DNA of 63,091 nucleotides, filler included, from Neolecta irregularis DAH-3 (GCA_001929475.1; 10 parts of 10 records of this genome joined end to end with filler, not necessarily neighbours in it), one strand, 5' to 3'; positions 12,953 to 26,024 are shown, counted from the whole stretch's first letter. Notes: generated by a model from the sequence alone, not told the origin. Numbers and translations: made by a program.

Positions 12953-13657
12953 TTAGGCATCTTCGGCTTGAGTGAATTTGATTTTTTTGGACAATTGCAT
13001 AGCAGTGGAAAAGTTCGGTTGGAGTTTACGTTCCCCTTGCCAAGCTTTTGCTTCCCTGTCGTGAAATTCTTGTTCAACCTCCTCTCTATCCTTTTCGTGA
13101 TTGTAAAATAGCCCCCCGTTAATGGCATTCGTCAATTTAATGCCTGAGACCAAAGCAACGCCCTTTTTAATATTATGGTCTTCAGTAATTGAGAGATTTA
13201 TCTGAATGCAATCACTTGCGGACTCGTTCTCAGCAAAAGTGACTTTATAATGATCATGTGTTATTTCACAAGCTTTGAAAGTCGTGAGAACATTGTTGTT
13301 GACCATGAATCCGAGATTGCCGCCTACATTAAGTGGAGCTGCGTAGCCAGGCAGATCGTTTCTGGTTCCAAGCAATTCAATTGCTCCTGTTTCAGAGTTT
13401 ACGCCTACTCGACTCGATGCCTCGCCGTTCCAGTCGGAAGTGAACATGAACGTCGTCCGGGATTCATAACTAAATACAGACGATTGTGTGGAAGTTAGGG
13501 AGAATCCTTCTGCGTTGAACGCGACTTTCAGATGAGCTAGGGGATTGTCGTGACCGTGTGGGGAGAGAGTAAAGTACTTTGGAGGCCTCGGGGTCAGTTG
13601 GTGGTGGGTGCCAGTAACATGGCTTAGTAAAGATGTCGCAAGGAGTAGTAAAAACAT
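12953..13657 (-). CDS. Secreted protein, possibly PhiA/cell-wall-protein-like beta domain with a charged C-terminal tail
   Basis: Intronless 234-aa ORF, signal peptide MFLLLLATSLLSHVTG, FKAC...Y.V...DCIQINL two-Cys pattern; CTATAAAG at 13686-13693, about 30 nt upstream. Confidence 0.7.
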   Translation of the reverse strand: MFLLLLATSLLSHVTGTHHQLTPRPPKYFTLSPHGHDNPLAHLKVAFNAEGFSLTSTQSSVFSYESRTTFMFTSDWNGEASSRVGVNSETGAIELLGTRNDLPGYAAPLNVGGNLGFMVNNNVLTTFKACEITHDHYKVTFAENESASDCIQINLSITEDHNIKKGVALVSGIKLTNAINGGLFYNHEKDREEVEQEFHDREAKAWQGERKLQPNFSTAMQLSKKIKFTQAEDA

Positions 13658-16492
13658 GGTTGCTGCTGGAGAGGCTATGGCGGAACTTTATAGCCGTGAG
13701 GGAAAGGAATACTTCCGCATGCATGCATGTCCAATAGCAGTCTCATCCTGAAACCACCATTTAATGTTACATCTATTTCCGTATGCGGGCGTGGTAGGGC
13801 TAAATAGCCGATGGACTTCCAAATGCAGGTGAGCTCCCTGCAGCCCTAATCTTGAAAAGGACGCAAACAGATTTTGGCTACTTTAGAGGCAACATAGAAT
13901 CTGCAAGGTTCATGATAAATCTGCAAAGGATTTCATGAGATTTCATGATTATAGATGTGGGGATCCCCGGAACTCCCACAACCACCACGGACGGATAACC
14001 ACCAGCACCGGCAAACGAACCAAGGACATCCTGAAAGCGCGATCGACCTTTCTATCCGCAAGTAGAGCTAGGCAGCTCAATAGGAATGTTAGCCGCTTCC
14101 ATATCAATGGGGGTGGCCATCTCATTGACCGGCGATCGAGCGCGATACCCGCAAGAGGAACACAGCAGCTCAAAGGAGAAGTCAATCTTGTCCGTAGCAC
14201 CCAGAGCGGCAATGTCCTCATGGCCCAATCGATCAAATACTCCGCAAGAGGAGCTTGTAAGCTCTATGAGGAGATGTACGGAACGGATGAGGCTCCGTAG
14301 AGGAAGGAGCCAATAGGCAGCAGCGAAGCGCNNNNNNNNNNNNNNNNNNNNNNNNNNNNNNNNNNNNNNNNNNNNTTAATTAATTAANNNNNNNNNNNNN
14401 NNNNNNNNNNNNNNNNNNNNNNNNNNNNNNNGCTTTCTGTGGATAGTGTTGGTGGTTTGCTCCCGGCCCAGGCCCGCGGCCTTCCCTAATCGCGACTATA
14501 TATCTACTACCCAGCTCCTGTGCTTTCAATGTCCAGCTTCAGCGTCTGATTTGCAGAATCTGACGAATCTGAGGTTCTGAAGATAAGTTGAAAGAGTTTC
14601 GTCAGTTTAACTGCAGGTAGGAGACAGAGTAGAAGACGAAAGCATTAGTTGTAGCAATAGTCGTAGATGCAGCCGTCATAATAGCAGCTTCACCAACTCT
14701 GGATTGGGGCGTCTTGCAGTCCTAACAGACAACGGGCGGGTTGAGGATAGCAGGTGATAAAGAACAGGCGATAAAGGGCGAGGTGGGGGAGCAGTAACAG
14801 GCGAGGAGAGCGGGCAGTAATGGGCGAGGAGGGATATTCAGAGGAGGGCAGGTGGTAAAGGGCGAGGAAGGCAGATGGTACCAGACGACAAGGGCGGGCA
14901 CGCAGACCCTGACCTGCGCTCCATCATCCCTCCCATCTCCTCACCCACTGGCCCCGGGGGATGCTGGTGCAGGGATGATCCATGGCTTCTGCGTCACTTC
15001 CCACCTCTCTTTCTTCTCAATCAAATATATCAAAGATCAAAAGAACAACTTCAACCCGCTACTACCCTCCCATCCACCGCAACCGACAATCACCCTATAT
15101 CCATCCTTTTCTTGACTTTGACCTTTGGGACGGATTCTGCGCCACACATTCCTTTAGAAGACACTAGCGATAGCTAAATCGATCAACGGAGCACGGCAAA
15201 TATATTTCCGCGCATTTTTCGAGCACAACTTGAAAAGAGAATTATTTTGGAAGATATCTCTGTGAGTATTTTTTGCTTACTCTTTTCATTTAAAACCGCG
15301 TTTGTGATAAACCGACGAAGATAACATCCACAGTCTCGGGTTCTCCGTTCATAGGAAAACTTGCATTACCTTGAAGATATTTCGAAACGTGGGAACTGGG
15401 CCTTTTTCCATGTCTCGTATCATCCCCGTCGATACCAAAATCATCGTCTGTAACATAACTTGGAGTGTGCCTGTGGCGCTTCAAACTGTCTTGCGCAAAA
15501 CATTTTGTCCTGGCGGGCATTTCATACTAAGTGTAGCTACATTTTAAAATGATTTCTTTGTTCGAGATGGAGCACAGTCTTTTCTCTTCAGAAATAGAAT
15601 TAGCAGGACTTCAAGAAGGTCTGGTTAACCTACAGCTGTGTGAAGTGTGTTGTGGGGATGCCCGCAGGACACACGATCCTAAAGGAACATAAAATTAGAA
15701 AGGTAACAAGAAAGTAACTAAGCGAGAGAAACACCTGAGAGACCTGACACATGCAGACTCTAAAAGAGCAGAATAATGTGTAATAATATATCTCAGTGAG
15801 CTTTCCTCCACGTCGGCAGAGTTAGAATAAGCGATCAAGGGAAACAGGAAATCCTCAACCCCCGAACGCTACCTAGCGACTTGTCAGGCGTCCGCATACT
15901 CCCGATGATCGAGGACACTCCCAGGGAATCAACTACCATAGGATAAGGCTCTCTTCCTCTCCAGCTTGCCGACGAACTCAGCGGCTGCAGGGGCGAAGAT
16001 CCAGATGAAGATGAAAGATAAAGACTGGGACATAATGATTTGGGGTAGGGTACCCGAGTTGGGGTGATCATGCAGGCCTTGTTGTGTTGGTGACCATTGT
16101 GTGCGGGCGCTAGAAAAGGATCTGGCTCAAGCCCTGCATTAAGGGCAAAGCGATATTGGACCAGGCGAAGTATGAGAAGGTCCTGTAATGTGCTGGGGCC
16201 ATCATGGTCGACGTAAAAACGAGCTAGCGAGGATATTAATCGCTGTAGACGCTTCGATCAGGTTTTGAATGAGCGACCAGCTGACTAAAAGGGGCAATGT
16301 TATGATTTCCCCACCACCGGTAGTTGTTTCTTTACCCTGGTAGTTTCCTAAAGTACTTCCATCAAGCAGGATTTTCGTGCCATACTATTTTATCGTATTT
16401 GATTGGTCTGCAGTTTTCTATTTAATTAAATCAAATGCCCCGCGATATTCATATCACCTCTCCTACACCGAACATCTCAATTCACATTCGCA

Positions 16493-16803
16493 ATGAAGTT
16501 TCTCGGTCTCCTGTTATACTTCCTGTCCAATATCACTCTATCCGCTGCCGATACACACACCTACTTTACGCTAAAGGAGGTCCTACCCGAGAAGAAAGGC
16601 ATGCCGCAAGTGTCACATAATTGCGCGACTGTTTCAGGGGGTGTTTTCGAACTTAGCACGGGTGGATGTCGAGCTTTCTACATCGACAGTTACCACAATT
16701 TGCGCCTCAGTCACCGGGGTGCTAATGATGATGATAACGTAGCGTTTTTGCAGGGCGACAAGACTTACACTTTCTACAGCAGAGACACCAAGTCCACAGA
16801 TTA
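16493..16803 (+). CDS. Secreted protein of unknown function, 3' end lost in gap
   Basis: Signal peptide MKFLGLLLYFLSNITLSAA; frame open up to the gap; two Cys. Confidence 0.6.
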
Positions 16804-16903
16804 NNNNNNNNNNNNNNNNNNNNNNNNNNNNNNNNNNNNNNNNNNNNTTAATTAATTAANNNNNNNNNNNNNNNNNNNNNNNNNNNNNNNNNNNNNNNNN
16901 NNN

Positions 16904-16968
16904 TCATATTCATATTCATATTCATATTCATATTCATATTCATATTCATATTCATATTCATATTCATA
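16904..16968 (+). repeat. (TCATAT)n hexanucleotide microsatellite
   Basis: About 11 perfect tcatat units right after the gap. Confidence 0.95.
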
Positions 16969-16998
16969 CTCAACTCATACTATACTGTCATATACGTA

Positions 16999-18817
16999 TT
17001 ATTTATAATTATCAGGAATCACTTTATGTGGATTAAGAAGACCCAACGGATCTAGTGCATATTTTATCCGTCTCATAGTGTCAACTACGCGTTAGCACAT
17101 CTTTAAAAAACATTACCAGTCTCTTGTCCAAGCTCCCTACATCTCAGCATTGCTATAAAGACACTCACTTGACCAAATACCCACGTTTCCCCAACCCGAC
17201 CCCGTGTTCGCCCGTACACGTCCCATCCATATCAATCGCCCGATCAACCATCTTGTGAACTATATTTTCTACTAATTCGCGTTCTCCAGGATTGTTTTTG
17301 TTATAATGGCTGCGCGTTGGACAATACTTTGCAAGACTTACATTGCCGCGTGCCAGTTACCATCACACGCATGAGATACAATCCCATACTTGAATCCGCT
17401 CGCATCTAAATCTCGCTGACACTCTTCAATAACTTTAGGCATGGCTGAAATAGGCGTGCAGATATCAGTCGTCCAGACTATCACATCAGCCCTTGTAACC
17501 TGAAACCCCACCCTCGCTGCCCGTCGTGCTCATGCTTATTAGACTCCACAGTAGAGCTTTTCGAGCAGACCACAGATTCAAAGCTTCTTCTTCGTCGCTG
17601 GCAAACTCGAATTTTCCGCCCTTGTTTGCATTCGTTATTTCGCGGACCTGGCTGATCTGTTCAGCCACCTGGCCCGGCGTCCCGGAAAATCTCACTGGTA
17701 AGTGTTGTCCCGGCAAGATATACTTTATAAACAACGTCGGTTTTTCCTCCCATTTGCGTTTTGTCGCATTGGTGTGGTTGATAATTTTCATGGATGCTTG
17801 GTCCATCATTTCCACCGCAGCGCATTGTACTTGCGATCGCGTTACTTTGGCAACAGCCATAGCCGCATCTCGGATCGTGGGAAACGAACAAACTGCAACG
17901 GTCTCGTCCGGCAACGTTGTCAATTTCAAGGTCGCTTCAGTAACGAGACCCAAGGTTCCTTCGGACCCCACGAACAATCTAGTTAAATCGTATCCAGCAC
18001 AAGACTTTCTCGCTCTCCGTCTCGTCTTGATAATTGTTCCATCGGCCAAGACCACTGTCAGATTTAATACCCAGTCCTTCATCGTCCCGTATCGCGAGGC
18101 ATTCGTGCCGCTGCATCCCGTCCCAATCATACCACCGATACGAGCAGTCGGAGCAGGATCAGGCGGGAAAAAAAGCCCTTTTTCTTTCAGCGTCTTGTTC
18201 AGTTCGAGATAGTTGACTCCACATTGTACCGTACAATCTAAATCATCTTCCCTCACCGCAATAATTCCATCCATCAACGTGAAATCGCAGCATATCCCTA
18301 CAATTTATAAAAAAGAGAGAGAGAGTATACCTGCCGGGGTACTCGCAAAATGACCCTCAAGACTCGTTCCTCCCGCATAAGCAACCACCGGAACTCGATA
18401 CTTGTGACTGATCTTTGCAATGGCAGCGACATCTTGTGTCGACCGCGGGTATACAATCAACGCAGGAAACGTATCCACGTCCACACAACTCCATTCATTA
18501 AGCCCATGTCTTTCCAAATCCTCCTCGTCGTCAGAAACCCCCTCTTTGCCCAGCACCAGCACAAGCTCCTTCATCGCCCGTACAAGCTCACGACGCCCGC
18601 CGTACACGTGGTCTTTGCGTGGGAGGGGAAGCGTCGACAAAGTCATTCCTAGCTCGCTTCGGACATTGGATGCCCCGATAAAATACGTAAACGTAGCTAT
18701 CGCACTTGAAAAAAGAACAACGCGGGTGGACGTCCACCGCGAGTACGATCCGTTTCCAGAGACCTTGGTGGAATATGATACAAACCGTCGAATGACTTGC
18801 AAACGGCTCGAGAACAT
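16999..18817 (-). CDS. dld1: Mitochondrial D-lactate dehydrogenase (cytochrome), FAD-binding
   Basis: Mitochondrial presequence, YAGGTSLEGH, FFPPDP..RIGGMIGTGCSGTNA.RYGTMKDWV, VGSEGTLG, GTCTGEHGVG, ALDPLGLLNP. Confidence 0.95.
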
Positions 18818-19413
18818 TATCAAGGATGTCTGTATCGTGACGTAAATTACAACTCAAGAATATAAACTTGTTTTTATAGTTTCTTCATTTATCAAGTGTG
18901 CTGTTTTGCCGTTGTATCCTGATTTCAACCAAATATATCAGCAATTTTTGTTGTTTTTAAAAAAATGTTTTCAGACGTAAATTGAAGGATCGGCCCACCA
19001 CGCAATATGTTTGAAATGTTGCTACAACTGCACTGGCTTCTGTTAGGGGTTACCCACAAGCCCAAGCCACTCAACCTTCTCACCGCAGTCTCCAGCGGGC
19101 GTTGGATCTGATAGAAGGATAAGTGTACATAGTATATTGTTTTTGTTGTTATTAAATGCGGGATGGACCACAATGTTATCAGACGTAAATTGAAAGGATC
19201 GGGCGGTTCCACGTCCCCACCACGCAAACAAATCTTGTTCTGTGCGGTTTATTGTGAGATTACCAATTGTCAACGATATCCTTCTTCGCCAGAATGAATT
19301 CGCCGTATCAAGGNNNNNNNNNNNNNNNNNNNNNNNNNNNNNNNNNNNNNNNNNNNNTTAATTAATTAANNNNNNNNNNNNNNNNNNNNNNNNNNNNNNN
19401 NNNNNNNNNNNNN

Positions 19414-19591
19414 CCAAAGAGGGCGTCGATGAGGGCAGAGCCGCCGGGGGACAGTGGTCCAGGATGGCAGTGACGGTCAATGCGCCACGGAGGAGCGGCA
19501 CTGTGGCTGTGAGGGTTCTTTGCTCAGCACTCAAGATCTGACGGNNNNNNNNNNTCCACATCAGCGCTCAACCTAAGGTTGCGTGCTGACA
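19414..19591 (-). mobile_element. LTR remnant: 5' end TGTCAGCAC at 19591, plus a GC-rich part also present at 29017-29145
   Basis: The reverse complement of 19555-19591 matches the first ~37 nt of the solo LTR at 41591; 19414-19544 is nearly identical to 29017-29145. Confidence 0.65.
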
Positions 19592-20300
19592 TTACCCCTC
19601 GATTATTTCGATGGCAGTTAGTACAATGATAATTTCTTGAGAGAGCTGATATAGCTAGTAGCGACGGGTGAATATATTGTCGGATAAGGTTTATGAAGAT
19701 TATTTTGAACCAGGAGGCTAATAGAGACAGAACATACCAGACCTCCTAGGTCTGGCAGTGACTTTTGATGACGATACAATGTTGCCTATACTGACCTTTT
19801 GTTTCTGGATATTGTACACATTCTGGGTATTGGGAGGAACTGCAGTATCACCTTGCAATACCTTTTACAAACAAAAGGTGGGATTTCCCTCCTCCACCGT
19901 TGCTTTGGGTTCCTATGTAATAGGTCTCTTCCCCTACCACACTCATTAGGGTGGGGTGGCAGAGTTTGTTTATCCGCACTTGATAGCAGACTGGAATATC
20001 TATTGCAACTCAAACTTTTGCTGCGACATGGATTAAATAATGTACATCCTGCCTACCCTATTCCTTTGTTTAGGCTAATCTACTTCTAGCAATATTATCA
20101 CCAGCTGACTCACAGAGTCTCAACCTGTCTCACTCAACCTCGATCTGTCTAAGACTTGCAGTTTAGGATTTACCCGAAAAAGTATTTTAGGTTATATTTC
20201 GCAAAGTTATTTTTCTTAAACTTGATGGAGTCCTGCATTCGAGTCGCAACAAAAGTCTCCACGAATTATACACCACACGCAGCATACAACAACTCACATA

Positions 20301-21517
20301 ATGTTACCAAAGCACTTCTTCATCATCGGACTTTATACTTTTCTATGTTCAGCAATAGAGCTCGGGGGTTTCAAAGACGTTACAGGTGAGTTGAAACACT
20401 CTCAGGTTTTCTACAGAGGAATGTCCGCGAACTTTGACCTTCCGAAAAACATGGAGGAGTCTGAAGGAATAAATATGTGTGCTAAAGCATGCCTTGACGC
20501 CAGATATTTGTGCAAAGTGTTCATAGTAACCTCTTTCCCTCAAAATCTCAAGGTTTGCATGATGTTTACGATTCCGGCGTCACAATTAATCCCTGTAACT
20601 ATGGGCACTGCTGGATCGTCGGTAATATTCGAGTAAGTGCTTGCGACCAATGGTAAAATTTCTTATATTCTAGGACTGTTGAACCAGAGCCAGTTGAACC
20701 TGTTATTGAGAGATTCTTTTATAATTATAAAATGCCAGAAAGAGATTGGGCCAACAGACTTGTTAATGGGTATAGCCTAGCATGGGAACCTCTACCTGAA
20801 TCTTTCCCGCATGTGATAAGAGCTTGCAAAACTGCCATGTATAGTGAACCAGTAATCGCAATCGATTTCAAGAAATGGAGTTCTGTGGGGGATATTTCCG
20901 TGTCTCGGAGACCAATTACCGAACTTGAGGCATTTCTTGACAAGAAGATTTTGGAGGGTGTCGAATTTTGGGAAAAATTCACGGAATTTCAAACTTCAGA
21001 ATCCTTTGCCACAACTTTGTTGACTTTTCTCGATATCTTTTGTCCGCATATTCGTCGAGGTACAACAACTATTTACGATCCAATCGAAAAGTTGCTTTTC
21101 ATTGATAACGAGGATATTCACATACTCGTCGCTTCATTCGGGCATCGGGATTATGCGATAGTACGAGACCAGCCGCCAAGGTCCAAACAAGGTTCAAAAG
21201 TTTTGGATAACAAAGCTGTGGAGCTCTTTCAAAAAGCAATGAAACTGACCAGCACGCAGTATTCCGGGAACCTTGTGTACAATACAGAAAGTCAAGCTAT
21301 CCGGGTGTTGATCCACGTTCTACAGTCACTCATTGAACCTGAGGGTTCAATTCGTTTTCCTGGCCCATCTGGGTTTAAATTCTATCAAGACCTTGTAACA
21401 GCTGTACTCTCCCGCATTTATGGAAAAAAGTACGAAAGATCTCGAATATTTTCAGGGTTGAACACGAGATTGCAATCGAAAGACTTTGCAGACATTCCAG
21501 TGTCATTCCAGAAATAA
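20301..21517 (+). CDS. Secreted two-exon protein (~391 aa): signal peptide, PAN/apple-like module, and ~280-aa C-terminal domain of unknown function
   Basis: Exon 1 20301-20632 (MLPKHFFIIGLYTFLCSA..CAKACLDARYLCKVF..VCMMF); phase-2 intron 20633-20673 (GTAAGT..TAG); exon 2 is in frame with ORF 20732-21517. Confidence 0.8.
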
Positions 21518-22543
21518 TTCTTTGATGTAGTTTATGAAAGATCAGATATACCAGTCGTTTTGTAACAGATTGTTATTTATCTTGAAATTTAGTGTTTTTC
21601 CAGTAGACGACGTTTCAATTTGAAAGTAGATTTCTGGACAGAAAATCCAAGTTACCATCGTTTCTGAGATCATCGGTGGGTACATGATTCCAGGGAAACC
21701 GTTAGCAAACGTACCATTTCGCGTCCTCTATTCAAATGCTGTTAGCCAAGCCCTTGATCTGGCTGGTTACTTCAAATCTGGTTATTACCTGTAGCTTTTG
21801 TGTCATGTCCAAGTGACTAACTCTTTAGGAAAATTCCAGAATGGTCAATGCTGCTATCAATGCTTTACGGTATAATTCTAGGATTACGATGATTCGGTTA
21901 TCGCGGATAGCCACACACAAAAGTCGAACACTCTAGACGACGCCTGGGAAGTGCACTTTTGAAACAGCCACTGATGGCGCATGAGCAAGATGTTCAAAGG
22001 AGCTTTGATGAATGGAAGATGCTCTGACACTAGCACTGGGATGGAATGCAAACGTCGAAAGAGAATTTCCAGTGCAGTACAGCATTGACGAAGCCAAACC
22101 TAATGCGGGTAGTGCACTGCTCATCATTCGAATTCTTAAAGTGCGTATCATGTGTTGCCATATAGTCTAAGCTAGGCTAATGTTGCGAGTTTACTATTGA
22201 GCCCAACATTTCTTGTTAAACTGGGGTATGTGAGGGTTACTTGCTTCACAGAAGAAAGATTTTCCTATTTTTCGCTCTTTGTAGTAATCAATAATATAGT
22301 ATGCTTCATCCAGCGATCTTTGTTTAAAGATTTCGACGATGAAGAAAACAATTGCTTTTAGTCACTTGTTAACTGTCCAATATCCACTGACCCGTTGTTC
22401 AGATAGCAATCGCTGGATCCGGATCTAAATGACGGATTTGGTGAAAATATTTGAAAAAGGAAAATGAATGACGCCATATTCGCCGCTGCCAAATTTCAAA
22501 ATCCAATAAAGGACGCCACCATTCAGCCTTCAGCCGAAAATTT

Positions 22544-23888
22544 ATGCAACACGATCATCCGCCGGTCACCGAACTGGCCCTCCCGGTTTTCGAGAGTGTC
22601 CTTCAAGTAGTATTCATCGCCTTTGCCGGCTACTTGTCAGCACGGGCGAACCTTTTAAATAAAGACTTGCAAAAGGTACCTGGTGGTTCATGTTCTGCGG
22701 TGGCTAAGTTCCAAGAACCTAGGAAATCTTAATCTCAACTTGTTCACACCATGTCTCGTCTTCATTAAAATCGCATCTACTCTGACCTTTGAGAAACTTG
22801 GTGGTTTGTGGATGATTCTCTTCATTTTCGCCTTCCAGTCAATCACTTTTTTTGCCGTAGCAAAAGTCTCTTCGCGGCTTTTTCATCTCTCGGAAGCGGA
22901 GGAAAAGTTCGCCATAGCATGTAGCGTATTTCAAAATGTACGAGAGTTGTATTGGAGGATCGGGACTGATGGTTAGAGCAATTCATACCCGATCGCACTC
23001 ATTACGACGCTCGCGTATTCGATGCACGGTTTAGAATGGGATGACATTCCTAACGATAGCCAGAGTCAAATCGCATCTCGGGGAATTTTATATCTCGTAA
23101 TTTACAGTCAGTTAGGAATGATCGTGCGCTGGTCGTACGGCTTCAAATATCTTCTTGCGGCACCAGCTATTGAAGAACATAATGTCCCGATCCTGCCTAT
23201 AATCGACAGCGGTCGTCAATCGTTCGATTCGGAAATCTCCTTGAAATCTGACACTGAAGAGTTCACCTCTCGTCGGGTTGGTCAAAGACATTGGATCAAA
23301 CTGTTTGGTTCGGCTGTTTTGGAACTAATGAATCCGCCGTTATGGAGCATGATTATCGCATTTATAGTTGCTAGTGTCCCCATATTGAAGAATCTCTTCT
23401 TCGACAAGTCTTCGTTTGTTAATATGACTCTCACAAGGGCAATTGAAAGTGGATCTAACGTAGCGATTCCGCTTATTGTGGTTGTTCTCGGAGCAAAGTA
23501 ATATTCTATTTATTTGCTAGTCGAAGCTAATTCAAGCCTCTATATTCCAAAGTCTGACATCCAGACGACGTCTTCAAAGAAGCTTGCATGGTCGTCAATC
23601 ATGTGCAGAATGCTAATCTCCCCGCTTCTTCTCTGCCCAGTGCTTGCTCTAGCTGCTCGATACCTTCCGATATCTGTTCTAGATGATCCGATATTTATAC
23701 TTGTTAGTTTTTTATTGATTGGAAGTCCTACGGCGATTACCCTGAGTCAGATTTGTCAGATCAACGGGGTCTTTGAAGATGTGATGAGTCAGGTTCTTTG
23801 GTGGAGTTATGGCGTATTTGTGATTCCTTCGTCGATTTTGTTGGTTCTTGCGGGAATGGAGACGATTAGGTGGGCTTCGAGTGCCTAA
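22544..23888 (+). CDS. Auxin efflux carrier (AEC/Mem_trans) family membrane transporter
   Basis: PVFESVLQV, LNLNLFTPCLVF, FQN-SNSYP, RGILYL, VRWSYG, MNPPLW, DDPIF..LLIGSPTAI; multiple TM helices; three short introns. Confidence 0.9.
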
Positions 23889-24237
23889 AAGGGTTCAACA
23901 TCTATAAAACATCTTTTCATTGAATATCCATTTTTATATTGAATAGACCCTCAGACTTACTTGATCTGAGCTCGATATGGAGTAGGAGTGTGCAACAGAT
24001 TTTCCCAAATGCCAGGTCGCGGGCTGATGATCAATCTGGGTATAAAGTAGATTCATTCTAAAGGAGAAGTAGTGCAAGTGATGGTGAAAATAGCACGGTG
24101 CGGTCGATGTGGGCCAGCAAGTAGTATCTGAGATATGGCCCCTTTAGGCCAACAGTGGTCCTAGATGGTCCAATATTTAGTTGTTGGTGATTGCAAGTCC
24201 TCCGGCGACTACGCTAAGCCAGATTTGTCATATCAGC

Positions 24238-24545
24238 GGTGTCTTGGAAGATGTGATGAGTCAGGCAGGTTCTTTGGTGGAGCGATGGCGTATTTGTAAT
24301 TTGTGGCCATCCCACATGCACAGTTCCAATATGACGTAAGTGGCAAGAAGTTTCCACCAGATACGTAAGTGTGGAGGCGGACAGAAGTAGGAAGAGTGCA
24401 CATTTTCGTCGATTTTGGGTTCTCGCGAGAATGCAGACGATTAGGTACTAAAAAGGGTTAAAAAATATACAACTTCTTTTGATGCATTTTTGAATATGCA
24501 TTTCTCTTGAATAAATAGTCAGGTTGACTGGATTTGAGCTCGATA
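24238..24545 (+). pseudogene. Degenerate tandem copy of the last coding part and 3' flank of the AEC gene, interrupted by a ~100-nt insertion
   Basis: gaagatgtgatgagtcagg..ttctttggtggag..atggcgtatttgt and ttcgtcgattttg..gagctcgata match 23767-23976. Confidence 0.8.
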
Positions 24546-25181
24546 AGCAGTCAGAGGACAATTTCCCTCAAAGCCATGCAGGGAGGGCATAAACCGGATG
24601 ATGAATATGGATGTAAGACAGGGTTCATTTCAAAGGAAAGGCTAGGCACTCGATGATTGGGTAGACTAAACCATCTGTTTCAATTCGTGACTGCAGCGGG
24701 AGAATATTTTCTCGACCCGGTTCCCATCTGTGAAGGGCCAGTCTCAAATATTCTGAAGAAAATCCTACGCGATGATAACGTTGACCGGTTTGACGGTAAT
24801 GTGCAGGTCTTGCCGCATACGGAAATGTTACGGAGAGCATTATTTCCATCTGCGGAGTCGATCGCTACATGCAATCATTTCGTCGAGTTCGTGTCTCACA
24901 TAGCGAACAAAGAATCAGCAACATAGTCTGGATAGATATTGAATTTTCTTCAAATTGTGTTCCAAAAGTCTACCTACAAACAGAAGCAAAAAGCGGCCGC
25001 TAATGGGAGTTTTAGGGTCGAGCAATTTGAAATTGTTGTTATTGGAAGTTGATGCGGCAAGAGTCATCCTTGTATTTTGAAAAAGGTAGAGAAAGAAGAG
25101 AAGAAAACGAAAGCGAAGAGAAGAAAAGAAAGAAAAGAGAAGAAAAACAATTAATTATATAAAGAACTTGGTTGTTAAACC

Positions 25182-25773
25182 TTAAAACAATCCAATGAGT
25201 TTCACTGCGGACTTGACAACAAACAACCCGGTTGTAAGGATTGCGTCAATGGGAACTCCACTGAGAAGTCCCTCAAGGAATCTCTTCTCAAGGTACCCAT
25301 CCTCAGTATAGCCCTCTGCCCGGACTTCTGCAAGAGTCTCCTCCTCGAGCTGTCGGGCACCCTCCTCACCAATTTTGGCTACTAGTAGAGGTCGTATCTC
25401 TGTATCGTAGAAGTCTTCTTGCTGATGGAGAATATCAGTAGCAGCCTCCGCATCGCCATCATCGACGGCCTTTTTCAATTGTTTTGCGGCATCCACGCCT
25501 AGAAGGGTAAGGGGCATACTTCATAGGTGATACAAACCTTTTTCAAGCATGGCAGCATTTTCTCCGCCAACCTTCGCCAGCTTGGTTAATTCTTTTACTA
25601 CAGCGTCCTCCATAGCTGGCTGGGTCAGCGCACTCAAAAAAAGGGTGAGCACCATCAACTTTTGCAACGGCGGCAGCAGGAGCCGGGGGTAGTGCTTGCG
25701 GACTGGCCAATGGCATAGCTGCAACCAACATGCTGCTAGCAGAAGCAAAGAGTATGACTTGGTGGAATTGCAT
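25182..25773 (-). CDS. 171-aa secreted peptide precursor: signal peptide, acidic pro-region, KR site, 32-aa hydrophobic/amphipathic C-terminal peptide
   Basis: Exons 25773-25653, 25615-25538, 25498-25182 (516 nt); introns of 37 nt (branch GCTGAC) and 39 nt; CTATAAAG at 25821-25828; ends ...YLEKR|FLEGLLSGVPIDAILTTGLFVVKSAVKLIGLF*. Confidence 0.75.
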
Positions 25774-26024
25774 AGTAAGATAGGAGTAGTGGAGGAGCGA
25801 CCTCGCAGTTTTCATCCCGGCTTTATAGCAGAGCTGCTGCGCATGCGATCGAGCCAAAAGCAGTCTTTTGCGTTTGCCGGATGGGGTGCAGAGTTTGGAG
25901 TGGGGAGTTTGCAGTTGCCGCTTCCGGATCTCCGCAATCAGAAACTAGCCTGAAGCGGAAGCGCCACAGGCCGGATTAGGTGCGCCACCCTTCCAATATT
26001 CAATCTCCGCTATGCTGACAAAGA

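Noticed and set aside
13935..16300. GC-rich short ORFs near gaps as possible gag/pol remnants
   Set aside because: No RT, integrase, protease or transposase motif could be recognised.
24657..24926. 89-aa ORF between the AEC relic and the peptide-precursor gene
   Set aside because: Non-ATG start, no motif and no convincing splice partners.
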